Below, in pieces: positions 1 to 12,590 of a stretch of DNA of 64,000 nucleotides. Under the pieces are notes generated by a model, which was given only the letters and a program-made list of their open reading frames with translations, was not told where the DNA came from and searched no databases. The stretch's first letter is position 1, and each line of letters begins with the position of its first letter. The translations under genes and the position numbers were made by a program. Location of the stretch: the NCBI GenBank assembly GCA_000934665.2, contig KZ538218.1, positions 1 through 64,000 of the forward strand, in the 5' to 3' direction. The stretch is from Catajapyx aquilonaris (Eukaryota).

Positions 1-94
1 CGTCTCTCAGAAAAACTGCTTATACCCTCGGAGTCAGGATCTCTTTCCCGATTTTTAGAGCCCAACTTGTATTTTGAGTGGAGTGTCCCTTTAA
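1..94. mobile_element. Right terminus of a probable Kolobok-type non-autonomous DNA transposon (truncated by the window edge)
   Basis: Ends in GTGGAGTGTCCCT followed by TTAA (91-94). The reverse complement TTAA-AGGGACACTCCAC fits the RR...YY termini and TTAA target site of Kolobok elements. The other end is not visible. Confidence 0.4.
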
Positions 95-3000
95 GTAAGA
101 CAAGTTGGGTTGCTCAATAAATTATTGAAAAATTCCTAGTCCATTGCACAAGAGAAAATGTCCCATGATGTGTCTACTGGATGGCAATGTCAGGGTCAAA
201 TTTCGTTAGGAAGCATTTAACCAGCACTGTTCACATTTGCGTAATTTGCTTTTTTTATATATTTCCAGACATAAAAAGCATTTAATGATACTCGTATATT
301 ACTTCTAGAGTAGAAAGTGAATACCTATACTCAATCTGCACTGTCCAGTACGCAAGGCTAGCCCGTGATGTGTCTTCGGGATGCCGTAGAAAGTATCAGT
401 TTTCGTTAGGAAAGGCTTATCCAAATATTTGTCACATGTCAATAATTGGCTAAACATTTCCTAACGATCCCTGACTGTAATGTGGCATGTACTGTAGATG
501 GAATTTGAAGATCATATTCCCTGCTCTATTAGAGAAGTAGAGGATTTATTAGACATTGAGTTATAGCATGCTACACAAGAGTCGTTCATTTGTCATGCCA
601 TTTTTGAGCTGGAATAATAATATTCACACAGCTCCACCTCAACTCAAAATATAACATGACCGACGATGGGACAGCTTCTCTATTATTATCAATATACTGT
701 ATTGAATATGGTTTGCAAAATATATTTTGCCATTTACAGTTAAATATCAGCATGAAGCTTAACTGGCAAACCACGCAATTACATGTCTCAATGAGATGAT
801 CCTGAAAGGGAAACATGCGATATTGCATGGTGTCTTCTGCATGCCGATGTTATTGTCAAATTTTGTTAGAAAAGGGAAAGGAACTATTGATAAAAAATTC
901 AACAACCTCCTAAACCTTTCCTGACAATCCCTGACATTCAAGTGGCATCTTGATGTAATCTGATGACCAGAGATTTCTCCTCTTGGATGAATGGATGATG
1001 CTTTACTGTTTGTTTAGACTATAGAAGATATACACATTACAATTGCCACACGGTGGGTGGTCGTGGATGATTCCCATGAAAATATCACGTTTGCCTGAAA
1101 TAAATTAGCACTCATTATCAGGCTAAATTATCTCCGACAAACATGACATTAAAATGGATGTTCAGAGATTCCTGAAATGGAAATGACGCTCTCGTACCAT
1201 ATAGCATTGAGGTTGGGTTGCACAATAGGTTATTCTAAAAGTTCTAGCCCAACACACTTGACAAGTGGAGGACTGGAGGATCTTCATTATTTCCATGATA
1301 AGACAAGATTTACAAGAAAATTTAGCTCTCAATATCAGGCTAAAATTCCTCTTGCAAACCTTACAGTAAAATGGCTGCACGAGATAATCCTGAAACGGAA
1401 ACGACCTTTGCCTCACCAGGCCGTTTCGTGTTTGGATGCACAATTAGTTATTTAAAATATCTAGTACGCCAATCCACAAGACAAATAGCACTTGGATCTC
1501 CTTCATTGCGATGTCAGTATCAGTTTTTGTCAGGAAAAGTTCAGCCTGATTTGATCACAATCCAAAACATACTAAACTTCTCCTGACAACCCCTGACAAT
1601 AATGTGGCATCTTGACGTAATCTGATGACCACAGATTTATTCTCTTGGGTGAACGAATGACGCTTGTGAAAATGACGTACAGTCGACAGAGAATAGTTCA
1701 CTTCTCATACCAGTAATGCTGAACCACAAGTCAATTCGCAAGCGAAAATAGGCCATGAAACGATATCTTCTTGATTGCCTTGAACACACCACATATTAGC
1801 GAGCAATATCTTTCAATCACAGGCCAAAGTTCACTGGCAAACCTGAATAAAATCTTATTTTAAGTCTCTCCTTATTGTTTATAGTACAAAATTCCACACG
1901 TGTTTCAGCATCCTACTGATCCGAGTGGTCTGAACGAGCACCAGGATGACCATGACACATGTAGGTAATTTGTGGGTCATATCGCGGATTATGCCATGCA
2001 ACCTCAGTCCAAAAGGAAGTGCGCACCTTTATGAATCACCAGAAGGAAAGGCCTACTTCTAAAGAATCTATTTTTAGCACGCACCATATTTTAAAATGTC
2101 TAGAGTAAGCCAATGCATAAGACAAATGGATCACGTTGTGTCTCCTGCATCCTGATGTAGATGTCAATGTCAAATTTTGTTAGAGAAAATGCATCTCAAT
2201 TTGATCACAATTCAAAATCGAGCTACACTTTCCCTGACAATCCTTGACAATAAAGTGGTATCTGGATGTAATCTGATGACACGAGATTTGTCCTCCTGGG
2301 TGACCGGATGATGCTTCAGAGTACGATGCTATAGTCTACCAAATAGTTCATTTCTCATGCATCCACCCCATGTAATCCGCTACTGATGATTGATGACTGT
2401 CGTGATTGCCATGATAGTATGTTTTGTCAGAAAAAAAAGTTGAGCTTTATCAGGCTTAACCTTTTCTCTGACAACCCTGACTATAAATGGCTGCTGGGAG
2501 TATCCTGAAATGTAGGGGCTATTTTCCTTTCATACCACGTGGGGTTGGATATGGCAATAAATTGTCGTTCGCAGAAATGTAGTCAAATACACATTGCACA
2601 TGATGGACCCATGGTGGGTGGCCGTAGATGATTCCCATGATAATATCACAATTGCCAGAAAAAATTCACCTCTCATTATTATCCGGGTGAATTTTCGCTG
2701 ACAATAATGACATTAAAATGAACACAGTAGTACAGCGTTTCCTAAAAGGACGACCTCATATGTAGTAGCATCTCTTGAGGTTCATTACACAATAGCTTGA
2801 CAATAGGTATTTCTAAAATCCTATCACCACACACTTGACACACTGCCTGTGATGGAGGCTCTTCATTATTGCCATGATCATACAGTACCGGTATATGATT
2901 TACAAGAGCAGGTAACTCTCAATATCAGGCTAATTTTTATCTTGCAAACCCTACAGTAAAATGGGTATACAGGAGAAAATAATTACATGGAATGGATGCT

Positions 3001-3706
3001 TTCTTCATAATATCGCTTCACGTTGTGTTGCACAATTAGTTTAAGCTTATTCAAAAAAATTAGTAGTCAAATACCAAGACAAATGGCCCAGGATGTGGGT
3101 TGGGAATTAAGTTCTTCATTACGTTGTAGTCCACTACACATGGAGAGTTCCTCGCAATTGGTACGAGACTTGTATGTTTTGTCCGAAAAAATTAAATGTT
3201 GGTTTATCAGTCTGAACTTTCACTGACACACCTGACTATAAAATGGCTGCTGGGAGTATCCTGAAATGGAAGAGTTGTTTTCCGATACCATGTGCAGTAG
3301 TATTGGGAAATAAGGTATTCACATCATAGTCATATATGCACATTACATGAAAATGGACTTAGGGGACTTTGGAATCCCACTCTTCAATTATTGGCACATG
3401 GTGGGTGGTCGTGGAGATGATTCCCATGAAAATATCGATGTTTGATGGAATTGAATAGCACTCATTATCAGGCTAAGTTAACTCCGACAAACATGACATT
3501 AAAATGGATGGTTCGGAGCTTCCTGAAATGGAAAGGACGCTCTCGTAGCAATACCCTCGAGGTTGGGTTGCACAATCGGTTATTATAAAAGTTCTAGCCC
3601 AACACATTTGAAAAATTACCTATGGCGGAAGATCTTAATTATTGGCATGATAAGGTAAGATTTACAAGAGAATTTAGCTCTCAATATCAGGCTCAATGTT
3701 CTCTTA

Positions 3707-3857
3707 GGGCCTGTTTCCACCGGTATAATTTTTGAGCACAAAATGAAAAGCACAAAATCAAACAAACTCTATTACTTTATTATTAATCGCATAGCAACAA
3801 AATATTGTTCTGGCTTGAATTTTGTCGAATAAAAATTATGCCGATGGAAACAGGCCT
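3707..3857. mobile_element. PIF/Harbinger-type (Tourist-like) MITE
   Basis: TIRs GGGCCTGTTTCCACCGG... / ...CCGATGGAAACAGGCCT flanked by TTA on both sides. The equivalent repeat monomer at ~1345-1365 is empty (CTCTTGCAAACCTTACAG). Confidence 0.85.
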
Positions 3858-4930
3858 TTACAAACCTTACAGTAAAATGGCTGCAATAGAATACGGACAC
3901 GGAAACGACCTTTTCCTCGCCACGCCGTTTCGTATGTGTTAGAAATGCACAATATTATTAGTCATTTAAAATATCTAGTACGCCAATACAAGAAAATAAC
4001 CCATGTGTGTCTCCTGCGTGCCGATGTCAATGTCAAGTTTAGTCAGGAAATGCTCAGTTAGTGATTGATCACATTTCAACCACCTCCTGAACATTTCCTG
4101 ACTATCCCTGACAATTAGTTAGCATATTGATGCAATCTGATAACCTGAGATTCCTCCTCTTGAGTGAACGGATGACGCTTGAGAAAATGAGGCCCAGAAA
4201 ATGTCATTTCTCAGACATAAGTCAATTCGCAAGATTGCCGCATAATACGATATCCCATTGATTGCGATCGTAATATTACAAGTAGATGTGCTAGCGAACA
4301 ATACCTATTAATAACATACTAAAAGTTCACTGGCAACCCTGACAATAAAATGGCTGCTTAAGATATCACCTTTGAATCAGAAATGGAGGTCCCCTCGCTA
4401 GTGCCACCTGGGGTCGAGTTGCACAATATGTCCCTCACAAATGTACATGACATAGCCCCTGATGCATCCTGAATACCGATGTCTGTGTCAGACTGTCAGT
4501 TATTGTTGGGACATGTGCAACAGGTTGTGATTGCAATTATTCAACAACCGGCTGTACAGTTCCTGACAATCCCTGACAGTAAAGTGGCATCTTGATGGAA
4601 TATGATGAACAGAGATTCCTCCTCTTGGGTGCAACTAATGTCACCATTCGATGGGGAAAAAATGTGTGTGTGTGTGGGGGGGGGGGACAAAACATATAGG
4701 AGATATTACACTGACATACTAAATTATTACAAAATGCGATATTACCCTGACCATAATTTCATATAAAATTTATATACAGTAAATCGCAACCGGCCTAATC
4801 TTGACTAAGTTACAGAATGATAATGCAACATGGACCTCCTATAACGCTTTATAAAATCTTCATTACTGGCATGATAAGGTAAGATTTACAATAGAATTTA
4901 TCTCTCAATATTAGGCTAAATGTTCTCTTA

Positions 4931-5109
4931 AGGCCTGTTTCCACCGGCATAATTTTTGAGCACAAAATGGAAAGCACAAAGGTAGAGCACAAATTCAAAC
5001 AAACTTTATTATTACTACTTTATTACTTTATTATTTATCGCCTAGCAACAAAAAATTGTTCTGGCTTGAATATGTCCAGAATAAAAATTATGCCGGTGGA
5101 AACAGGCCT
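4931..5109. mobile_element. PIF/Harbinger-type MITE, second copy at the homologous site
   Basis: Perfect 27-bp TIRs AGGCCTGTTTCCACCGGCATAATTTTT / AAAAATTATGCCGGTGGAAACAGGCCT with TTA target-site duplication. A further TIR fragment lies at 13720-13734. Confidence 0.9.
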
Positions 5110-5719
5110 TTACAAACCTTACAGTATAAAATGACTTCAATAGCATCCTGAAACGGAAACGACCTTTTCCTCGCAAAGCCGTTTCGTTTTAAAATGCACA
5201 ATATTATTAGTTATTTAAAATATCTAGTACGCCAATACAAGAAAATAACCCATGTGTGTCTCCTGCGTGCCGATGTCAATGTCAAGTTTAGTCAGAAAAT
5301 ACTCAGTTTGCAATTGATCATATTTCAACCACCTCCTGAGCTTTTCCTGACTATCCGTGACAATTAATTTGCATATTGATGCAATCTGATGATCTGAGAT
5401 TCCTCCTCTTGAGTGAACGGATGACGCTTGAGAAAATGAGGCCCAGTCCACAGAAAATATGTCATTTCTCAGACATGTTGTTCTGCAGAACATAAGCCAA
5501 TTCGGAAGATTAAATGCCGCATGATACGATACCTCCTTGATTGCGATCGTAATATTACAAGTATAGATGTGCTAGCGAACAATCGCTATTAATAACATAC
5601 TAAGAGTTCACTGGCAAACCTGACAATAAAATGTCCGCTTAAGATATCTTTGAATCAGAAATGGAGATCCCCCGCTAGTGCCGCTGCCGCCTGGGGTCGA
5701 GTTGCACAATATGTCTGTA

Positions 5720-5820
5720 TTATATCGCTCAAAAACATAGAGACGATTTTGCATTTGACTCCAGTGCAGCCTGCACTTGAATCAAATGCAAAATCGTCTC
5801 TATGTTTGTGAGCGATATAA
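5720..5820. mobile_element. Short foldback MITE with TA target site (family A)
   Basis: TTATATCGCTCAAAAACATAGAGACGATTTTGCATTTGA is inverted at the right end (TCAAATGCAAAATCGTCTCTATGTTTGTGAGCGATATAA). TA flanks both ends. A related copy lies at 36358-36421. Confidence 0.8.
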
Positions 5821-7898
5821 TACATGACATAGGCCTTGATGCATCCTGAATACCGATGTATGTGTCAGTTTTTGTTAGGACATGTGCAACAGGTTATGAT
5901 TACAATTATTCGACAACCTGCTGTACAGTCCCTGACAATCACTGACAATAAAGTGGCATCGGATGGAATATGATGCACAGAGATTCCTCCTCTTGGGTGC
6001 AACTGATGTCACCATTGGATGACAAAAAATGTGTGTGTGGGGGGGGGGGACAAAACATATGGGAGATATTACACTGACATACTAAATTATTACAAAATCA
6101 AATATTACCCTGACCATAATTTCATAAGTTATAAAATTTATATACAGTAAATCGAAACCGGCCTAATCTTGACTATGTTACAGGATGATAATGCAACATG
6201 GACCTCCTGCAACGCTTTATAAAATGAAGTTCAGTCCACAATGAATAGTTCACTTATCATACCTGTTATTCTGTGGAACAATACAATATTGTCACAGAAC
6301 TCTAGTTCAAAACACAAGAGAGAATGGCCCGTGACTGGATTTATGCTAAATTGCCTCGATAATACTGTATTAGACTTGAAATAAATATTTAGCTCTCAAT
6401 ATCAGACTATACAGTATTTTCTCAGACAACCCTGACAAAAAAATGGCTGGCTCCTAGATTCCTGAAATAGAAATGATGTCTTACTCTTAGAAAATACCCC
6501 TTGAGTTTGGGTTGCAAGTTATTAAAAATGTCTACAGTAAGTCATTGACCCACGGTGTGTCTCCTGCATGCCGATGTCAATGTCAAATTTCGTTAGGAAG
6601 AGCTTAGGAAGGCTTTGATCACATTTCAACGACCTCCGGAACTTTTCCTGACGATCCCTGACAGTATAGGGCGGTATCTTGATGTAATATGATCACCACA
6701 TATTCCTCCTCGTGGGTTAATGGCTGAAACTTGAGAAAATGAGGCACAGTCCACAGAAAATAGTTCATTTCTTATACCTGTTCTTCTGCGGAACCGTAAG
6801 TCAATTCGAAATATCTAAAGAACAGCCCATGATGCGATATCTTAGTTCTTGATTGCCACGACCATAATATTAGATATGCTAGTGAACAATAGCTTTCAAT
6901 AACAGCCCAAAGTTCACTGGCAAACCTTACAATAAAATGTCTGCTTAAGCTCGTATCTTTGAAGCAGAAATTGTGATACTCTGCTGGTGCCGCCTGGGGT
7001 TGTGTTGCACAATACGTTCTTCACAAGTAAGTTAATGTATATTCAAATACAAAAGACATAATTTAATTATACTGTACAGCCCCTGATGCATCTTGAATAC
7101 CGATGTCCACGTCAGTTTTTGTTAGGAGATGCGCACCTGGTTTTGATAACAATTATTCAAGAACCAGCTGTACATTCCCTGACAATCCCTGACAATAAAG
7201 TGGAATCTTGATGGAATCTGATGACCAGAGATTCCTCCTCTTGCATCAATGGATGGTGAATTAAAAACGAGTCATTGTACACCAATTATCGTTCATTTCT
7301 AATGCCTGTTTTGCGCTGGTACAATAAATTCTCACAGAAGTGCAGTTCAAGACAATAAAACATTAAGTTATATTATAGGTTGTCATTATGATTACCATGA
7401 AAACATAAACCACCCAGAATAAAACATGACCGTCTATACTCTATATCAAGCTGAGGTTTAGCCCCCAAATCTTACAATAAAATAGCTGCATGAGAGATGA
7501 CTTTTCCTTGATAGGGGTGCAAAATAAGTTATATGCAAATGTACCGTCCAATGCGCAAGGCAAGTAGCCCATTATGTGTTCCTGGATGCCGAAGTCAGTA
7601 TCAGATCTCGTCAGGAAATCTTCAGCGAGTGTTGGTCAAATTTCAACAACTGGCTAAACATTTCCTGACGATCCCTGACAGTAATGTGGCGTGTTCATGG
7701 AATCTGATGATCAGTCATTCCCTCTCTCAGATAAATCGATTAATGAGACAACGAGTTATAGTATGCTAAATAATGAGACATTCGTTTCTCATACCCGCTC
7801 TGCCATAGCACGGGGATCTATCTCTAATTTAAAAACAAGGCAGATCCGTTTGATTACCATAATAAACTACTCCTATGTCCTGCCTGTCAAAACATATA

Positions 7899-8020
7899 CA
7901 GAGTGTTCCAAGTTCGTGGGTCGTTTATAGTTATCACTAATATCGCCAGTAGTAGTAATTTTTGTGTAGCTTGTTGCGCCCCGATCCATGTTCCCTATGA
8001 CTCCCAATATATTGGTGGAA
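7899..8020 (+). mobile_element. Fragment of a Tc1/mariner-type MITE at the duplication junction
   Basis: TA-CAGAGTGTTCCAAG..GGGTCGTTT..TAGTTATCACTAATATCGCC resembles the CAGGGTGTTTCAA family at 46211-46305 and 46561-46648. The right end is not found. Confidence 0.45.
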
Positions 8021-8581
8021 TATATCGCCAAGCCGTTTCGTGTTAGAATGCACAATATTATTAGTTATTTAAAATGTTTAGTACGCCAATACAAGCCAAT
8101 TAACCCATGTGTGTCTCCTGCGTCCCGATGTCAATGTCAAGTTTCGTCAGGATATGCTCAGTTAGTGATTGATCATATTTCAACCACCTCCTGAACATTT
8201 CCTGACTATCCCTGACAATTAATTTGCATCTTGACGCAATCTGATGACCAGAGATTCCTCCTCTTGAGTGAACGGATGACGCTTGAGAAAATGAGGCCCA
8301 GTCCACAGAAAATATGTCATTTCTCAGACCTGTTGTTCTGCAGAACATAAGCCAATTCGCAAGATTAAATGCCGCATGATACGATATCTTCTTGATTGCG
8401 ATCGTAATATTACAAGTAGATGTGCTAGCGAACAATGGCTATATTAATAACATACTAAAAGTTCACTGGCAAACCTGACAATAAAATGCCTGCTTAAGAT
8501 ATCATCTTTGAATCAGAAATGGAGGTCCCCCCGCTAGCGTCGCCTGGGGTTGAGTTGCACAATATGCCCCTCGCAAATGTA

Positions 8582-8725
8582 CTATGGGGCTCAAATAGTT
8601 TTGACTACTTTATCCTAGTCTTGAAGCAACCCTTCACACAGGCCCCACGTTGAGCAGGTGTGCGTGTGTGTGAAGGGTTGCTTCAAGACCAGGATAAAGG
8701 GGCCAAAACTATTTGAGCCCCATAG
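8582..8725. mobile_element. Foldback MITE with TA target site (family B)
   Basis: ~55-bp imperfect inverted arms CTATGGGGCTCAAATAGTTTTG..CTTGAAGCAACCCTTCACACA / TGTGTGAAGGGTTGCTTCAAG..CAAAACTATTTGAGCCCCATAG. TA on both sides. The empty site is seen at ~4441-4450. Confidence 0.85.
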
Positions 8726-11700
8726 TACATGACATAGCCCCTGATGCATCCTGAATACCGATGTATGTGTCAGTTTTTGTTAGGACATGTGCAACAGGTT
8801 ATGATTACAATTATTCGACAACCTGCTGTACAGTCCCTGACAATCCCTGACAGTAAAGTGGCATCTTGATGGAATATGATGAACAGAGATTCCTCCTCTT
8901 GGGTGCAACTGATGTCACCATTTGATGACAAAAAATGTGTGTGTGTGTGGGGGGGGGGGGTACAAAACATATGGGAGATATTACACTGACATACTAAATT
9001 ATTACAAAATGCGATATTACCCTGACCATAATTTCATATAAAATTTATATACAGTAAATCGAAACCGGCCTAATCTTGACTATGTTACAGAATGATAATG
9101 CAACATGGACCTCCTATAACGCTTTATAAAATGAAGTTCAGCCCACAATGAATAGTCCACTTATCATACCTGTTATTCTGTGGAACAATACAATATTGTC
9201 ACAGAACTCTAGTTCAAAACACAAGAGAGAATGGCCCGTGACTGGATTTATGCTAAATTGCCTCGATAATACTGTATTAGACTTGAAATAAATATTTAGC
9301 TCTCAATATCAGACTATACAGTATTTTCTCAGACAACCCTGACAAAAAAATGGCTGGCTCCTAGATTCCTGAAATAGAAATGATGTCTTACTCTTAGAAA
9401 ATACCCCTTGAGGTTGGGTTGCAAGTTATTCAAAAATGTCTACAGTAAGTCAATGACCCACGGTGTGTCTCCTGCATGCCGATGTCGATGTCAAATTTCG
9501 TTAGGAAGAGCTTAGGAAGGCTTTTATCACATTTCAACGACCTCCGAAACTTTTCCTGACGATCCCTGACAGTATAAGGCGTTGTCTTGATGTAATATGA
9601 TGACCACATAGATTCCTCCTCATGGGTTAATGGCTGACACTTGAGAAAATGAAGCCCAGTCCACAGAGAATAGTTCATTTCTCATATACCTGTTGGTCTG
9701 CGGAACCGTAAGTCAATTCGAAATATCTAAAAAACAGCCCATGATGCGATATCTTAGTTCTTGATTGCCACGACCATATTAGATATGCTAGGGAACAATA
9801 GCTTTCAATAACAGCCCAAAGTTCACTGTCAAACCTGACAATAACATGGCTGCTTAAGATATCTTTGAATCAGAAATGGAGGTCCTCCGCTAGTGCCGCC
9901 TGGGGTTGAGAATATGTCCCTCACAAAATATAGCCCCTGATGCATTCTGAATACAGATGTCCATGTCAGTTTTTGTTAGGGTATGCGCACCTGGTTCTGA
10001 TCACAATTATTCAGCAACCAGATGTACATCCCTGACAATCCCTGACAACAAAGTGGCATCTTGATGGAATCTGATGACCGGAGATTCCTCCTCTTGGGTC
10101 AATGGATGGTGAATTAAAAATGAGTCACTGAACACCAATTGTCGTTCATTTCTAATGCCTGTACAATAAATTGTGCAGTTCAAGACAATAAAATGGCCCA
10201 TTATATGCTATAGGTTGTCATTATGATTACCATGAAAACATAAACCTTCACAGGAAAACTATGACTGTCAATATCAAGCTGAGGTTTAACCGGCAAATCT
10301 TACAATAAAATGGCTGCATGAGAGAATCCTAGAATGGAAATGACTTCTTCCTAGATGTAATTATACCACTTGGACTAGAGGTGCAAAATAAGTTCTTCTC
10401 AAATGTACTGTCAGCCCAGTACACAGGACATTAAGTAGCCCATGATGTGCCCCGTGGATGCCGAAGTCAGTATCAGTTTTCGTTAAAAAGTGTTTAGCAA
10501 GTTTTGGTCACATTTCAATAACAACTTACTAACCACTTCCTGACGATCCCTGACAGTAATGTGGCATGTTGATGAAATCTGATGATAAGAGATTGCCCCT
10601 TTAGAGAAATATTGTAGATTATTCATTAGAAAATGACTTATAGTTTACACACAAAGTCGTTCGTTTCTCATACCCGCTTTGCGATGGTACAATAAATGAT
10701 TCACTGGGATCTGTCTCTAATAAAAAACAAGGCACATCTGTTTGATTACCATAATAAAATAAATTTCGCTAAAAAACTTTGCCTTTCAATATCACTATAT
10801 CAGGATGAAGTTTAACTGGCAAATCACATAATAAAATCGCTCGATTAGATACCACATACCAGTAATCCTGTAACGGAAAGTATTCGTTCGCCAAGTAAGG
10901 CCACTTGCGGTTGGGATGCACAATAAGTTATCTAATACTAAGGAGATCCACTCCAACACACATATGACAGGTGGCCAATGATGAGGTTTGTTAATGATTC
11001 CATCATAATGCAGGTTGTTAATGAAAGCATAGTCCTCAATATCAGGCTGCAACTTTTCATGCACATGAAGGAGAGAATATTCTGATATGGAAATTATGTT
11101 CTCCTGACAATACCATTTGCGGTTGGTTGCACAACAAATTATTTTAAAATTCCTAGTCCAGTACACAAAACAAATGTCCCATGGTGTGTGTGCTGGATGA
11201 CGATGTCTGCATCAGTTTTTGTCAAGGAAAGTATAACGGAGTTGATCACATTTCAACACCTGCTATACTTACCCTGACAATCCCTGACAATGTAGTGGCC
11301 TCTTAGGTGAATGGACGACACATTATGAAATTAGGTATTGTCAGCCAAGATTACTTCATTTCTCATACATGTTGTTTGGTGGCACATTGAATTCTTCACA
11401 GAAGTTCAGGTCAACACATAAGATGTAGGTTTTCTTTACGATTGCCATGATAACATGACGTCTGCACGAAATCGCTATGCATTAAATATCAGGCTTAAGG
11501 ATAACTGGCAGACGCCACATTAAAATGAAGGCATGAGAGAATCCGGAAACGGTAAGGCCCTCCTACTGCTCCTAGAAATACCGCTTGAATTCTGGGTACA
11601 TAGTATGTTAAACGCTCTTGGTCAAAACATGTATCCTAAGCCTGTAAGTCCATGCTATACTGTGCTGTTTTCATTAGTTAAGTGTGTCAGCAAGGTTTTG

Positions 11701-11996
11701 TCTTGAAATGGTGACAAAATCTGTCAACAAGTACGTTGTACATGTTAACATTAAGTTCCTTGGGAGGATTGAGAATACTCCATATAGATCTGCCATAGAT
11801 GGTCAATAAAAGAGGATTGTGTTTCTTTCCAATGTTGGTGATTAAAGTATCAAACCCTATTTAGTGACCTGTAGTATAAAAAATTTCCGTTTGCAAAAAA
11901 AAAAACCCCGTTTATAGACAGTCACAATAATTGACAAAAATGACAGCTAGCCGCGCCAACAATAGAACTAATAATTAAAAGTCAATAGCATTCTTA

Positions 11997-12170
11997 AGCC
12001 CCGTTTACATGTGAGCGATTTGACAATAAGCGAAGAGGAGCGAAGTCATCGCCGAGCGAAGTAACCAATATTGTTTGAGATGAAAGTAACAATCGATTTT
12101 CGTCTCCAACAATACTGGTCAGTCGGATTACTCAGCGTTGTTGTAGCCACGCTCACATGTAAACACACCT
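11997..12170. mobile_element. Harbinger-like MITE
   Basis: 15-bp perfect inverted core GTTTACATGTGAGCG / CGCTCACATGTAAAC with AG...CT ends, flanked by TTA and TCA. Confidence 0.55.
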
Positions 12171-12199
12171 TCAGGTTGAATCAACAATACTGGCCAAAT

Positions 12200-12590
12200 T
12201 ATCATTGCCGAGCACAGACAATAAGCGATGTCACTGAGTTGTTGAGAAGCTACAAGCTAGTGCTTCTTTTTTGGTCCAAAGAGGTGGTTTTACCCATGGT
12301 CTACCTTCTCTTTGGACCAATGAAGAAGCACCTGGCAGTTCAGAACTTCAGCGACATCGAGGAAGTGAAAGAGGCCATCCCCCACTGGCTTCCCATCACC
12401 CAGTCGGACGCTTTTTTCTGCAGGGGTATGGAAAAACTCGTGTCCCGATGGGACAAATGCACCAAATTGTATGGCGACTATGTCTAAAATTAGATAAAGA
12501 CTTGCACTTTCATATGCATATCTCTATTTCAGTTTCTCTAGTGAAACCTCAGAATTAAAAAATACTCAATTCCTTTTTGATTCTCCCTCG
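12200..12590 (+). pseudogene. Decayed mariner transposase C-terminus plus right TIR
   Basis: Translation YLLFGPMKKHLAVQNFSDIEEVKEAIPHWL..FFCRGMEKLVSRWDKCTKLYGDYV matches the mariner C-terminal pattern (YHLFGPLK..F...EEVK..W...FY..GI.KL..RW.KC....GDYV). The YSPDLAP motif is lost. The element ends TTTTGATTCTCCCTCG-TA (12590), a typical mariner TIR end. Confidence 0.85.

Larger units (their letters stand above)
5178..10757. repeat. ~2.85 kb tandem segmental duplication inside the array (5178-7865 vs 8032-10757), with a partial third copy at ~3924-4860
   Basis: Collinear, near-identical blocks at an offset of ~2.85-2.9 kb: GCCGTTTCG..ATGCACAATATTATTAG at 5178/8032 (and 3924), the TGTG-polyG tract at ~4662/6030/8936, and TTTGATTACCATAATAA at ~7849/10741. 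Confidence 0.85.
100..11610. repeat. Degenerate higher-order tandem repeat (satellite-like array), ~210-260 bp monomers of two related types
   Basis: Anchor motif CCTGACAATAAA(A/G)TGGC or close variants recurs at about 930, 1142, 1359, 1591, 2242, 2475, 3231, 4337, 4571, 5619, 5941, 6430, 6656, 6925, 7187, 7673, 8474, 8845, 9337, 9564, 9834, 10040, 10548 and 11282. One type continues TGGCTGC..CCTGAAATGGAA..GGGTTGCACAATA. The other continues GTGGCATCTTGATGTAATCTGATGACCAGAGATTCCTCCTCTTGG. No reading frame is kept between copies. Confidence 0.9.

Noticed and set aside
930..10110. Hammerhead ribozyme / retrozyme origin of the array: recurring CTGATGA followed by a hairpin (CCAGAG..CTCTTGG) and GAA
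   Set aside because: The catalytic core is incomplete in every copy read (GAAC/GAAT/GCAA instead of GAAA, no consistent UH site or contiguous stem I), and the sister monomer type lacks CTGATGA. An Infernal search of the consensus against Rfam hammerhead models would settle it.
100..11610. Array as a decayed repeat-protein gene (LRR or FN3-like, e.g. recurring LTIKW peptides)
   Set aside because: Monomer lengths do not preserve frame, stops occur in all frames, and no domain consensus holds. The similar ORFs simply reflect the DNA repeat.
100..11610. CRISPR-like repeat-spacer array
   Set aside because: Inter-anchor sequences are homologous to each other and over 200 bp, there are no cas genes, and the context is eukaryotic.
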